Positions 18,502 through 27,787 of a stretch of DNA of 64,000 bases are shown piece after piece; positions within the stretch are counted from its first letter, which is position 1, and the number at the start of each line of letters is the position of its first letter. Made by a program: the position numbers and the translations under genes. Source of the DNA: an uncultured Thermoanaerobaculia bacterium (GTDB taxonomy: Bacteria > Acidobacteriota > Thermoanaerobaculia > Thermoanaerobaculales > Sulfomarinibacteraceae); contig CAYQTL010000003.1 of assembly GCA_964420405.1 (NCBI GenBank), forward strand, positions 73,154 to 137,153, given 5' to 3'. Below the pieces are notes generated by a model. That model was not told where the DNA came from and did no database searches. It saw nothing but the letters and a program-made list of their open reading frames with translations.

Positions 18502-19680
18502 GTGACGTCGCCGCAGGAGGCCCGCGGCCGCCTCCCCCAGCTGCTTGAGGAGCTGAGGGAGCTGGTGGAGATCGAGTCGCCGACCGGCGACGAGGACGCG
18601 ATCGGCCGGATCGCGGACCTCCTCGCACGGCGGCTGGCAGCCGTCGCGGACGTGGGCACCGTCGAGCTCCCGCGGTGGGGGCCCGCGCTGTGCGCCCGTC
18701 GCGACGGCGCCGGCGCCCGCGTGCTGCTGCTGGCCCACGCCGACACGGTGTGGCGGAACGGATCGTGGCCGACCCTCTGGCGCCGCGGCGGTGACCGGGT
18801 GTCCGGTCCCGGCGTCTACGACATGAAGAGCGGCCTGCTGCTCGGGGTGTGGGCACTCGAGGCTCTCGCCACGTCGGAGGGGCCCGCGCCGACCGTCGAG
18901 CTGCTGGTGACTCCGGACGAGGAGGTCGGGTCGCCCGGCTCACGCCCCCTGATCGAGGACGCGGCGCGCCGGGCCGACTTCGTGCTGGTCCTCGAGCCGA
19001 CCGTCGCCGGGCAGCCCCTCAAGGTCGCCCGCAAGGGCTCGGGCGAGTACGTCGTCCGGATCCGCGGGCGCTCGGCGCACCAGGGGGTCGAGCCCGAGAA
19101 GGGCGTCAACGCGGTGGTCGAGGCGGCCCACCAGGTGCTCGCCCTGAAGCGGCTGGAGGACCTGGAGGCGGGCACCACGGTCGGTCCCAACGTCGTGCGG
19201 GGCGGAACCGCCAGCAATGTGGTCCCGGAGTTTGCCGAGCTGCGGGTCGACGTCCGCGCCTGGCGGGCCTCCGAGCAGAGGAGGATCGGTCACGACCTGG
19301 CCGCGCTGCGGCCGATGCTCGACGGTGCCGCGCTCGAGCTCGACGGGGGCTGGAACCGGCCCCCGATGGAGACGACGCCGCTGTCGATGGCCCTGTTCGA
19401 GCGCGCCCGCGGGATCGCCGGCGGGCTCGGCCTCGATGTCGCGCCGGTCGCCTGGGGCGGCTCGTCGGACGCGAACCTCGCGGCCGCCGTGGGCGCCCCG
19501 ACGGTCGACGGATTCGGCCCCGAGGGCGGCGGCGCCCACCAGCGTACCGAGCACGTGGTGGTCGACTCGATCCCGGCCCGCCTCGCCCTGCTCGTCCACC
19601 TGCTGCGTGCTCTGGCATCTCCTCCGGAGACCTGGCTCCCCCCCGACGCCCTCCACCTCCACCGCACGCGCACCCGGTAG
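18502..19680 (+). CDS. M20 family metallopeptidase (carboxypeptidase G2-like)
   Basis: LLAHADTV, GVYDMKSG, TPDEEVGSPGS, GRSAHQG and GGSSDAN motifs. GTG 8 nt after TAGACT (18488-18493). Confidence 0.85.
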   Translation: MTSPQEARGRLPQLLEELRELVEIESPTGDEDAIGRIADLLARRLAAVADVGTVELPRWGPALCARRDGAGARVLLLAHADTVWRNGSWPTLWRRGGDRVSGPGVYDMKSGLLLGVWALEALATSEGPAPTVELLVTPDEEVGSPGSRPLIEDAARRADFVLVLEPTVAGQPLKVARKGSGEYVVRIRGRSAHQGVEPEKGVNAVVEAAHQVLALKRLEDLEAGTTVGPNVVRGGTASNVVPEFAELRVDVRAWRASEQRRIGHDLAALRPMLDGAALELDGGWNRPPMETTPLSMALFERARGIAGGLGLDVAPVAWGGSSDANLAAAVGAPTVDGFGPEGGGAHQRTEHVVVDSIPARLALLVHLLRALASPPETWLPPDALHLHRTRTR

Positions 19681-19739
19681 AACCCTCGAGGCGGCGCCGG
19701 CCGGCGTCGCCTCGGCCCTCTCTCGCTGTCTGACATTGA

Positions 19740-19802
19740 ACGACATCCGGAGGACGAAACAAGGGGCTCGTCGAGCCCCTTGTTTCGTCCTCCGGATGTC
19801 GT
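19740..19802. terminator. 63-nt perfect palindrome (31-bp arms) between convergent genes
   Basis: Positions 19740-19770 pair perfectly with 19772-19802 (checked base by base). Overlaps the rpmB stop codon, 60 nt after the M20 stop. No U-tract. Confidence 0.55.
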
Positions 19803-20041
19803 CAGGTGACGTCCTTCAGCCGCAGCCCCTCCGACCGAAGGAACGCCATCAGCCCCTTCTTGTCGATCGTGCGCAGGGCGCGGGTGGACGCCTTCACCCG
19901 GACGCTGCGCCCGAGCTCCTGGACGAAGACCTTCTTCTTCTGGATGTTCGGGAGCTGGCGGCGCTTGGTCTTCCGGTTCGAGTGGGAGACCCGGTTGCCC
20001 ACCAGCGGGCCCTTGCCGGTCAGTCTGCAGCGACGTGCCAT
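19802..20041 (-). CDS. rpmB: 50S ribosomal protein L28
   Basis: MARRCRLTGKGPLVGNRVSHSNRKTKRR.. is unmistakably L28. GGAGGGAG SD. Confidence 0.95.
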   Translation of the reverse strand: MARRCRLTGKGPLVGNRVSHSNRKTKRRQLPNIQKKKVFVQELGRSVRVKASTRALRTIDKKGLMAFLRSEGLRLKDVT

Positions 20042-20055
20042 GATCGGTCTCCCTC

Positions 20056-20217
20056 CTACCGGGACTCTTTGAACACCACGTGCTTGCGCACGATCGGGTC
20101 GTACTTCTTCAGCTCGAGCCGATCGGGGTGGTTCTGCTTGTTCTTCTTCATGTGGTACATGTACGTGCTCTCGGTGCTCTTCATCTTGACCGTAACCCGG
20201 TGGCCCTTGCCTGCCAT
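20056..20217 (-). CDS. rpmG: 50S ribosomal protein L33
   Basis: MAGKGHRVTVKMKSTESTYMYHMKKNKQNHPDRLELKKYDPIVRKHVVFKESR. GGGAGG SD. The longer ORF start is discarded. Confidence 0.95.
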   Translation of the reverse strand: MAGKGHRVTVKMKSTESTYMYHMKKNKQNHPDRLELKKYDPIVRKHVVFKESR

Positions 20218-20301
20218 CGCGACCTCCCGTCGCCCCGTGTGAGCGCAGGAACTCCCTGCGCACAAGGGTCCGGGGATGATACACGCCGTCCGGAAAGAGT
20301 G

Positions 20302-21477
20302 TCAACTCCGCTCGATGGCGTCGAGCCCGGGCAGCTCCGCCCCGGCGATGAAGAGCAGCGCCGCGGCACCGCCGAGCGACACGTGGGAGACGTCGGCGGC
20401 GTGGGGCGTGGCGAACAGCGCGCGCAGGGTGGAGGCGCCGGCCACCACCGAGTAGCCGTCGATCCCGGCGATCGCCGCGGCGACGGCGTTCGAGCCAGCT
20501 CCCGCCCGGCCGTCCTCCGGCCGACCCATCGTCCCGTTCCAGAACAGGGTCGCCGCACCGGCCACGGCTCGCGCCACACCCTCCCGGCTGCGCGGACCGA
20601 TGTCGAGCATCAGTGCACCCTCGGGGAGGGCGTCCACGGCCGCCGTCCGGATGGAGCCGTCCGGCAGCTCCACCTCGAGGTCGACCGGGAGCACCAGCTC
20701 GACGCCCCGCTCCCGGACCTTCGCCAGCAGCGAGCCGGCCGCCTCGTCGCAGCGTCCGGTCATCGTCGGACACCTGATCGGCCGCCCGAGAGCCGTGAGG
20801 ACCGCCGCCGCCACCCCGCCGCCGAGGACGAGCCGCCCGGCCTTCAGCGCCAGCCCCTCGACCGCCAGCATCTTGTCGGCCAGGCAGCGGCCGCCGACGA
20901 CGCCGACGAACGGCTCGTCGGGTCGGTTCATCAGGCAGGCGAGCGCGTCGACCTCGTTCTGCATGTGGCGCCCGACCGCCCGCCCGCGGGGGCCGATCCG
21001 CACCGCGACCGCGTGCATCACCGGGTGACGGACTCCGGCCTCGGCGAAGGCGTCGTCCACGAAGTGGGTGAACGAGCCGGCGATCGAGTGCAGGTCGTCG
21101 TCGGTCAGAGGCCGGTCGCCGACCGCGCGGGACAGGTTCTCGAGCAGCACGACGGTGCCAGGCGCGGCGCGTTCGACGGCCGCGGTGGACGCCTCCAGAC
21201 CCGCCCCGCCCACGAACTCGACCGATCGGCCGAGCGAGGCCGCGAGGGTGGCGGCCGCCCCCGCCAGGGTGGGCCCGACACCGGCGTCCCCGGGGACGTC
21301 GACCGCCATCGCGACCACCGCGCCGCGGTCCGCGAGCCAGTCGACGGTGGAGGAGATGGCGGTCCGGTGGAGATCGGCCACCGGGTCGTCGCCGCGGGCG
21401 ACCGCCGCGCCCGGGATGCGGACCAGCACCCGGCCGCCGTCGAGCCCGTCGAGATCCTCCAGACAGGTGATGCTCAT
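20302..21477 (-). CDS. Phosphoglycerate-kinase-fold protein with divergent active-site motifs
   Basis: Collinear with PGK over its length (LENL.., FVDDAF, WNGTMG, LGGAAALLFIAGAELPG), but several canonical substrate/ATP motifs are replaced (see finding). GGAGG SD. Confidence 0.75.
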   Translation of the reverse strand: MSITCLEDLDGLDGGRVLVRIPGAAVARGDDPVADLHRTAISSTVDWLADRGAVVAMAVDVPGDAGVGPTLAGAAATLAASLGRSVEFVGGAGLEASTAAVERAAPGTVVLLENLSRAVGDRPLTDDDLHSIAGSFTHFVDDAFAEAGVRHPVMHAVAVRIGPRGRAVGRHMQNEVDALACLMNRPDEPFVGVVGGRCLADKMLAVEGLALKAGRLVLGGGVAAAVLTALGRPIRCPTMTGRCDEAAGSLLAKVRERGVELVLPVDLEVELPDGSIRTAAVDALPEGALMLDIGPRSREGVARAVAGAATLFWNGTMGRPEDGRAGAGSNAVAAAIAGIDGYSVVAGASTLRALFATPHAADVSHVSLGGAAALLFIAGAELPGLDAIERS

Positions 21478-21566
21478 CTCGCCTCCGCGTCGCCGCGTTC
21501 TGAAGCGGTCCCATCGTAGAGCACTCCGGGGCCGTCGTCAGCCGGGGGAGCCGAGCCCCCGGCCCG

Positions 21567-22217
21567 TCATCCGCCGGACGCCAGCCTCTCGCCCACCGCG
21601 CGGCGGAGCTCCGCCTCGAGGTCGACCGCCAGATGGGGCGCCTCGTGGACCGCAAGCACCCCCGCACCCCGCGGGAACGCCACGAAGCCCAGCGCCCCGG
21701 CGAGCAAGAGGGTCCGGTGGATCAGGCGGGCGGCCTCGTCGCGGTCGCCACCACGGCACCTCTTCAGGACCACCCCCGCCAGCGACCTCAGCCGCTCCTG
21801 GTACCAGCGGGAGAAGCCGAGCGCGGCGGTGATGTCGCCGCACCCCTCGACCATGGTGCCCATCACGCCGAGCAGCCGGACCAGCTCCGGGCGTGCCGCC
21901 AGGCTGGCGGCGAGGTCGTCGGCGACGCGCCCGGCGCCCCCCCGCCCCCCGACCTTCGCGAGGCGCGTCTCCAGGTCCTGCTGCCACGTCTCGAGGCGCC
22001 GGCGCAGCACCGCCATGTACAGCTCCTCGCGGCTGCCGAAGTACATCGACACGATCCCTGCCTTGACGTCGGCGCGGCGGCCGATCACGTCGAGGTCGAC
22101 ATCGGCCGGCGGCAGCTCCACGAAGCTCCGGTCCGCCTCGGTCAGGATCCGGCGCCTGCGCTCCTCGCGGACCTCGCGCGCCCGCCTGCGACGTTCCGGG
22201 TCGATCAACCGTCCCAC
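21567..22217 (-). CDS. TetR/AcrR family transcriptional regulator
   Basis: HTH region ILTEADRSFVE..VDLDVIGRRADVKAGIVSMYFGSREELY. GTG 22217 preceded by GGAGGAG. Divergent from the 22253 operon. Confidence 0.8.
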   Translation of the reverse strand: MGRLIDPERRRRAREVREERRRRILTEADRSFVELPPADVDLDVIGRRADVKAGIVSMYFGSREELYMAVLRRRLETWQQDLETRLAKVGGRGGAGRVADDLAASLAARPELVRLLGVMGTMVEGCGDITAALGFSRWYQERLRSLAGVVLKRCRGGDRDEAARLIHRTLLLAGALGFVAFPRGAGVLAVHEAPHLAVDLEAELRRAVGERLASGG

Positions 22218-22252
22218 TGTCTCCTCCGACCGACCATTGTAGAGTGACCCCG

Positions 22253-23581
22253 ATGCACCCTGACCAGGTCTCACCCGACGCCGACGTCGCGGTTCTCGGC
22301 GCCGGCCTCGCCGGCCTCGCGGCCGCCCGCGACCTGGCGGCCGCCGGCCTCCGGGTGGTCGTCCTCGAGGCGGCCGGTGGGCTCGGCGGCCTGGCTTCTT
22401 CGATCGAGGTGCACGGCGAACGGGTCGAGCGCTTCCACCATTTCGTCTGCCGCGGAGACCGGGACCTGGTGGAGCTCATCGAGGAGCTCGGCATCGGCGA
22501 CGCGCTCCGGTGGCGACCCAGCCGCACCAGCTTCTTCCACCAGGGACGGCTGTACCCGTTCGGCACCCCGCTCGACCTGCTCCGATTCGGTCCCGTGCCG
22601 CCGCTGCAGCGGCTGCGGTTCGGCCTCAACGTGATCCACAGCCGCCACCGCCGGCACTGGGAGGATCTCGACCGGGTGGCCGCGGCCGACTGGCTCGAGG
22701 AGCGGATCGGTCGCGAGGCCTACGAGGTCATCTGGGATCCGTTGCTGCGGATCAAGTTCGGCGACGCCCATCGCTCGGTCTCGGCGGCGTGGATCTGGCA
22801 TCGGATCCACCGCGTCGCCACGTCCCGCTCGAGGTCGTGGCGACCCGAGCTGCTCGGCGTCCTCGACGGCGGCTCGGCGACCGTGATCGACGCCCTGGCC
22901 GGGGACCTCGGCCGGCGGGAGGGCGCCGAGATCAGGACCGCGACGCCGGCCGAGGAGATCGAGACCGCCGACGGCCGGGTGGCGGCGGTCCGCCTGGCCG
23001 GCGGCGGCCGCGTGCGCTGCCGGGCGGTGCTGTCGACCGTGGCGCTGCCCGTGCTGCTGCGGCTGGCTCCCGAGCTGCCCGACGGGGAGCGGCGCCGGCT
23101 CGCCGAGATCGACTACCTGGGCGTGGTCTGCATCCTGCTCGTGCTGCGGCACTCCATCAGCCCGAGCTTCTGGGTCAACGTCAACGACCCCGCGATCCCG
23201 TTCAACGGCTTCATCGAGTACTCCAACCTGAGCCGGCGCATCGCCGACCGCGCCATCGTCTACGTCCCCCACTACCTGCCGACCACCCACAGCCGTTTCG
23301 GCGCCGACGACGAGCAGCTCGTCGCCGAGGCGGTGGCGGGCCTCGCGCGGATCCGGCCCGGGGTCGACCGCTGCTGGGTCGACGAGGCCCACGTCTCGCG
23401 AGCCCGCCACGCGCAGGCGATCTGCACCGTCGGGTTCTCGCGGCTGGTACCCGGTCACCGCAGCGGCCTGCCCGGCCTCTACCTGACGGACTCGGCCCAG
23501 TTCTACCCGGAGGACCGGACCATCAGCGCCGCCATCCGCCTCGGGCGGGTGGTGGCCGACATGATCCGGCGCGACCTGTGA
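22253..23581 (+). CDS. NAD(P)/FAD-dependent oxidoreductase (amine-oxidase/desaturase-like)
   Basis: Dinucleotide fold VAVLGAGLAGLAAARDLAAAGLRVVVLEA..GGLGG. ATG 22253 is 7 nt after TAGAGT (22240-22245). ORF formally opens at GTG 22244. Confidence 0.8.
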   Translation: MHPDQVSPDADVAVLGAGLAGLAAARDLAAAGLRVVVLEAAGGLGGLASSIEVHGERVERFHHFVCRGDRDLVELIEELGIGDALRWRPSRTSFFHQGRLYPFGTPLDLLRFGPVPPLQRLRFGLNVIHSRHRRHWEDLDRVAAADWLEERIGREAYEVIWDPLLRIKFGDAHRSVSAAWIWHRIHRVATSRSRSWRPELLGVLDGGSATVIDALAGDLGRREGAEIRTATPAEEIETADGRVAAVRLAGGGRVRCRAVLSTVALPVLLRLAPELPDGERRRLAEIDYLGVVCILLVLRHSISPSFWVNVNDPAIPFNGFIEYSNLSRRIADRAIVYVPHYLPTTHSRFGADDEQLVAEAVAGLARIRPGVDRCWVDEAHVSRARHAQAICTVGFSRLVPGHRSGLPGLYLTDSAQFYPEDRTISAAIRLGRVVADMIRRDL

Positions 23582-23630
23582 CCCCCGCGCCCGCCGCACA
23601 CGGCCGGATCGCAGCTACACTACGACCCCA

Positions 23631-24296
23631 GTGGACGCCGACCTCGACCTGAGCGACCTGTACGGGCGCCGCTTCGGCGCCGACGCCCTGCCGGCCAAGT
23701 ACCGCGTCTGGAGGGTGCTCAGCCGCCACTTCTTCCAGCGCTACGTCCGACCCACCGACACGGTCCTCGACCTCGGTGCCGGCTTCTGCGAGTTCGTCAA
23801 CACGATCCGTTGCGCGCGCAAGCTCGCGGTCGACCGCAACCCCGACGTCGCCCGCTGGGCCGGGCCCGGCGTCGAGGTCGTGGTGGCGGACAGCACCGCC
23901 ATGGAACCGGTCGGCGACACGACCGTGGACGTGGTGTTCGCGAGCAACTTCTTCGAGCACCTGCCGAGCGTCGCGGCGCTCCTCACCACCCTGCGGGAGG
24001 TCCGGCGGGTGCTGCGGCCGGGCGGGCTGCTGCTCGTGCTGCAGCCGAACATCGCCGCCGTCGGCGGACGGTACTGGGACTTCCTCGACCACCACATCCC
24101 GCTCACCGAGCGCACCCTGGTGGAGGCGCTCGGCGCGACCGGATTCGAGGTCCGCGAGGTTCGCGCCCGGTTCCTCCCCTACACCACCAAGAGCCGCCTG
24201 CCGCAGCACCCGTTGCTGGTGTGGGCGTACCTCCATGTGCGCCCCGCACACCGGCTCCTCGGGGGTCAGGCGTGGGTCGTCGGAGTGAAGCGGTGA
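23631..24296 (+). CDS. Class I SAM-dependent methyltransferase
   Basis: Motif I VLDLGAGFCEF, post-I/II VDVVFASNFFEHL, LRPGGLLLVLQP. GTG 9 nt after TACACT (23616-23621). Confidence 0.85.
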   Translation: MDADLDLSDLYGRRFGADALPAKYRVWRVLSRHFFQRYVRPTDTVLDLGAGFCEFVNTIRCARKLAVDRNPDVARWAGPGVEVVVADSTAMEPVGDTTVDVVFASNFFEHLPSVAALLTTLREVRRVLRPGGLLLVLQPNIAAVGGRYWDFLDHHIPLTERTLVEALGATGFEVREVRARFLPYTTKSRLPQHPLLVWAYLHVRPAHRLLGGQAWVVGVKR

Positions 24297-25342
24297 GCGG
24301 CGGCGACCGCGCCACCGTGGCGGTCCTGCCGACGCGTCCCGTCCGGGACCGCGTGCTCGCCGACGTCGCCGAGGCGATGGAGCGCGCCGCCTGGAGGACG
24401 CACATCACCCGCGGCGCCGCCGTCGCCCTCAAGCCGAACCTCGGCTGGGACAAGCTCGTCCCCGGCGCGATCAGCGCCCCCTGGGTGGTGGAGGCCGTCG
24501 TCCGCACGATCCGCGACCATGTCGGCTCCATCGCCCTCGTCGAGTCCGACCAGGTCGTGCTCGACATGGAGCGGGGCTTCCGGATCTCCGGGCTCGAGCG
24601 GGTCTGCCGGGAGCTCGACGTCCGCTGGGTCAACATGTCACGAGGCGAGTTCGTGACCGTCGCGAGCCCGGACCGGACGATCCTGCAGGAGGTCCGGCTG
24701 CCCGAGATCCTCACCCGCAGCGAGCTGATCACCCTGCCGGTGATGAAGACCCACAACAAGACCACGATCACCGGCGCCCTGAAGAACCAGTGGGGCTGCC
24801 TCGAGACCCTCCGCCACCACTACCACCTGGTGCTGTCCGACGCGATCACCGACGTCAACGCCATCGTCCGCCCGCGGTTCGCGGTGATGGACGGCACCGT
24901 GGCGCTGGAGGGCAACGGCCCCAAGTCTGGCACGCCGCGCGACGCCGACGTGGTGCTCGCGAGCGCCGATCCCGTCGGCCTGGACGCGACGGCGGCGCGG
25001 ATCATGGGCTTCGACCCGCACCGGATCGACCACCTCCGGCGGGCGGCCGCCGCAGGCCTCGGCTCGCTCGACCCTCCGGTGACGGGGGAGGTCCGGCCCG
25101 CCGATCCGCCGTTCGTCCCGGCACGGCACAACGCCGTGTCGTGGCTCGAGCTGGTGCTGCGACGCTCGACCCTCCGCCGACTGGCGTTCCACACCCCCCT
25201 GTTCGGCATGCTGTGCTGGGGCGCCCGCCGGTACTACGACCTGTGGGACCTGATGGCCGGCCGGAGGATCCGGGCCCGGTTCTTCGCCTCCTCGCCCTGG
25301 GCGCCCCAGTGGCGTGCGGCGCCATCCCCGGAGGGCCCGTGA
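24293..25342 (+). CDS. DUF362 domain protein
   Basis: ALKPNLG.., LPVMKTHNKTTITGALKNQWGC, VMDGTVALEGNGP, ASADPVGLDATAARIMGFDP match the DUF362 pattern. GTGA overlap with the methyltransferase stop. Confidence 0.8.
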   Translation: MSGGDRATVAVLPTRPVRDRVLADVAEAMERAAWRTHITRGAAVALKPNLGWDKLVPGAISAPWVVEAVVRTIRDHVGSIALVESDQVVLDMERGFRISGLERVCRELDVRWVNMSRGEFVTVASPDRTILQEVRLPEILTRSELITLPVMKTHNKTTITGALKNQWGCLETLRHHYHLVLSDAITDVNAIVRPRFAVMDGTVALEGNGPKSGTPRDADVVLASADPVGLDATAARIMGFDPHRIDHLRRAAAAGLGSLDPPVTGEVRPADPPFVPARHNAVSWLELVLRRSTLRRLAFHTPLFGMLCWGARRYYDLWDLMAGRRIRARFFASSPWAPQWRAAPSPEGP

Positions 25343-26109
25343 GCGTTCCGGTCGCTCGACATCACGAGCTGCGCCTGTACGCGCACCGGGGCGCCTCCGC
25401 CCACCTCGCCGAGAACACCGTCGGCGCCTTCCGGCGGGCACTGGAGGACGGCGCGGACGCCCTCGAGCTCGACGTCCACCGCACCGCCGACGGGGTATTC
25501 GTCGTCGCCCACGACCCCGACGCGCGGCGGGTCGCGGGCCTCGACCGCCGGATCCGGGACGCGACCCTCGACGAGGTCCGCGGTTGGCGGCTGGCCGGCA
25601 GCGGAGGTGACGGCATCCCGACCCTCGACGAGGTGCTCGGTGCGTTCCCAGGCGTCGCCATGAGCATCGACCTGAAGCCCCGCGACCCCTCGGCGGTGCG
25701 CCCGCTGGTCGAGCTGGTCACGTCCCACGGCGGCGAGCGCCGGGTCACCCTGGCGAGCTTCCACGGCCCACTGGTGCGGCGGATGCGGCGCCGTGGCTGG
25801 CGAGGGCGCACCGCGCTGACCCGCGCCGAGGTGGCCGCCCTGCGGCTGCTGCCGCTGCCGCTGGCGCGCCGTCTGGTGCGCGGCGACGCCGCCCAGGTGC
25901 CGCGCCGGGCCGGGCCGTTCCGGCTCGACGGCCGGCGCTTCATCGCCGCCTGCCGCCGCCTCGGCCTGCGGGTGGACTACTGGGTGGTCAACGACCCCGT
26001 GGAGGCGGCCGAGCTGCTCGCGCGGGGTGCCACGGGGGTGATGAGCGACGACCCCGGGGTGGTGGCGAAGGCGTTCCCGGCCGACCGGGCGGCGACACCC
26101 CCGCCGTGA
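25339..26109 (+). CDS. Glycerophosphodiester phosphodiesterase family protein
   Basis: LYAHRGASAHLAENTVGAFRRALEDGADALELDVHRTADGVFVVAHD is a canonical GDPD N-terminus. GTGA overlap with the DUF362 stop. Confidence 0.85.
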   Translation: MSVPVARHHELRLYAHRGASAHLAENTVGAFRRALEDGADALELDVHRTADGVFVVAHDPDARRVAGLDRRIRDATLDEVRGWRLAGSGGDGIPTLDEVLGAFPGVAMSIDLKPRDPSAVRPLVELVTSHGGERRVTLASFHGPLVRRMRRRGWRGRTALTRAEVAALRLLPLPLARRLVRGDAAQVPRRAGPFRLDGRRFIAACRRLGLRVDYWVVNDPVEAAELLARGATGVMSDDPGVVAKAFPADRAATPPP

Positions 26110-27578
26110 CCCGCCGCCGGCTCCTGGCGCGGCTCGCCCTCGCCGCGGCCCTGCTGTGGACCGGCGCCTGCCTGACGGTCGGCGCGGTCCACGTCGCCAA
26201 GCCGCTGCCGGCGGGCGTCCCGTTCGACGGCGAGCCGATCGCCGTTGCGGGCGCCCGCATCCGGTTCCTGGCCGACCTCAGCTACGTGACGACGTCGGGA
26301 GTGCCGGTCCGCGAGCAGGAGGTGTTCGACGCCGTCCTCGCGGCCGTCCGCGCCGCCCGTCGCCGGCTGGTGCTCGACCTGTTCCTCTTCAATCCCCACC
26401 GCGGTGCCGCCGGAGAGGTCCACCGCCCCCTCAGCGACGAGCTCACCGCCGCGCTGGTCGAAGCCCGGCGGGCCCATCCGGGCCTCCTCGCCACGCTCGT
26501 GACCGACCCGATCAACGACGTCTACGGCGGCGACCCGTCGCCGCAGCTGGCGACCCTCGCCGGCGCCGGAGTCACGGTGGTCCGCACCGACCTCGGCCGG
26601 CTGCGCGACTCGAACCCCGCCTGGTCGGCGACGTGGCGGCTCGCGATGAGCTGGCTCGGCAACGACGCGGAGGGCGGCTGGCTGCCCCACCCGTTCGCCG
26701 AGGACGGCCCACCGGTGACGCTGCGGACCTGGCTGCGGCTGCTGAACTTCAAGGCCAACCACCGCAAGGTGGTGGTGGCCGACGACGACGGCGGCGGCTG
26801 GCGCGTCCTCGTGACCTCCATGAACCCACACGACGCCTCGAGCGCCCACTCCAACGTCGCGCTCGAGGTGTCCGACCCCCGCCTCGCCGCCCAGGCGGTC
26901 GCCGCCGAGGCGGCGGTGGTCGCCTTCTCCAGCGCCCTCCCCCTGCTGCCGCCGTTGCCGGATCCCTCGGCCCCGGCCACCGGGGGAGACCACACCGTCC
27001 GGGTCGTCACCGAGACCGCCATCCGCGACGCCCTGTTGGAGGCGCTGACGGCGGCCGGCGACGGCGACGAGGTCGACGTGGCGGTCTTCTACCTGTCCCA
27101 CGACCGCGTCATCGACGGCCTCGTCGGGGCCGCGCTGCGGGGTGCGGCGGTGCGGGTGGTGCTCGACCCGGCCCGGGACGCGTTCGGCCACACCAAGAGC
27201 GGCGTCCCCAACCGACAGGCCGCGCGCCGGCTGCTCGCGGCGTCGGACGGGCGCATCGCGATCCGCTGGTACGCCACCCGCGGCGAGCAGTTCCACACCA
27301 AGCTGCTGACCGTCCGGGGACGCGCCAGCACCCGCCTGCTGCTGGGCTCGGCCAACTTCACCCGCCGCAACCTCGACGGGTACAACCTCGAGGCGAACCT
27401 GGACGTGAGGATGCCCCGGGGATCGGTGCTCGACCTCCAGATCGCGTCGTACATGGACCGCATCTGGAGCAACCGCGACGGGACCTACACCGTGGGCTAC
27501 GCCGCGCTCCACGATCCGAGCCTGCTGCGTCGCGCCCTCGCCCGCTGGCAGGAGGCGACGGGGATGGGGACCTTCTAG
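26106..27578 (+). CDS. Phospholipase D-like protein (two HKD motifs)
   Basis: NHRKVVVADD and FHTKLLTV..LLGSANFTRRN HKD motifs. N-terminal signal/anchor LLARLALAAALLWTGAC. GTGA overlap with the GDPD stop. Confidence 0.8.
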   Translation: MTRRRLLARLALAAALLWTGACLTVGAVHVAKPLPAGVPFDGEPIAVAGARIRFLADLSYVTTSGVPVREQEVFDAVLAAVRAARRRLVLDLFLFNPHRGAAGEVHRPLSDELTAALVEARRAHPGLLATLVTDPINDVYGGDPSPQLATLAGAGVTVVRTDLGRLRDSNPAWSATWRLAMSWLGNDAEGGWLPHPFAEDGPPVTLRTWLRLLNFKANHRKVVVADDDGGGWRVLVTSMNPHDASSAHSNVALEVSDPRLAAQAVAAEAAVVAFSSALPLLPPLPDPSAPATGGDHTVRVVTETAIRDALLEALTAAGDGDEVDVAVFYLSHDRVIDGLVGAALRGAAVRVVLDPARDAFGHTKSGVPNRQAARRLLAASDGRIAIRWYATRGEQFHTKLLTVRGRASTRLLLGSANFTRRNLDGYNLEANLDVRMPRGSVLDLQIASYMDRIWSNRDGTYTVGYAALHDPSLLRRALARWQEATGMGTF

Positions 27579-27787
27579 CGCGAGGGATGCCGATCCGACC
27601 CCGCCCGCCGGTGCCAGCGTCCACTCCCGCGCACGGCCCCGATGCCCGCGATCGCAGCCCGCGGCGACGCCCCGACTCCGGTGCCGGCGGCCCCCCGCCT
27701 CCGTCGCCGCCGCTGCCGCCGGACCGAGGGCAGGGACGCGGGCGCCGGCTCCGCCGTCGCCGACCGGCGGATGCTACCCTCCGGCCC

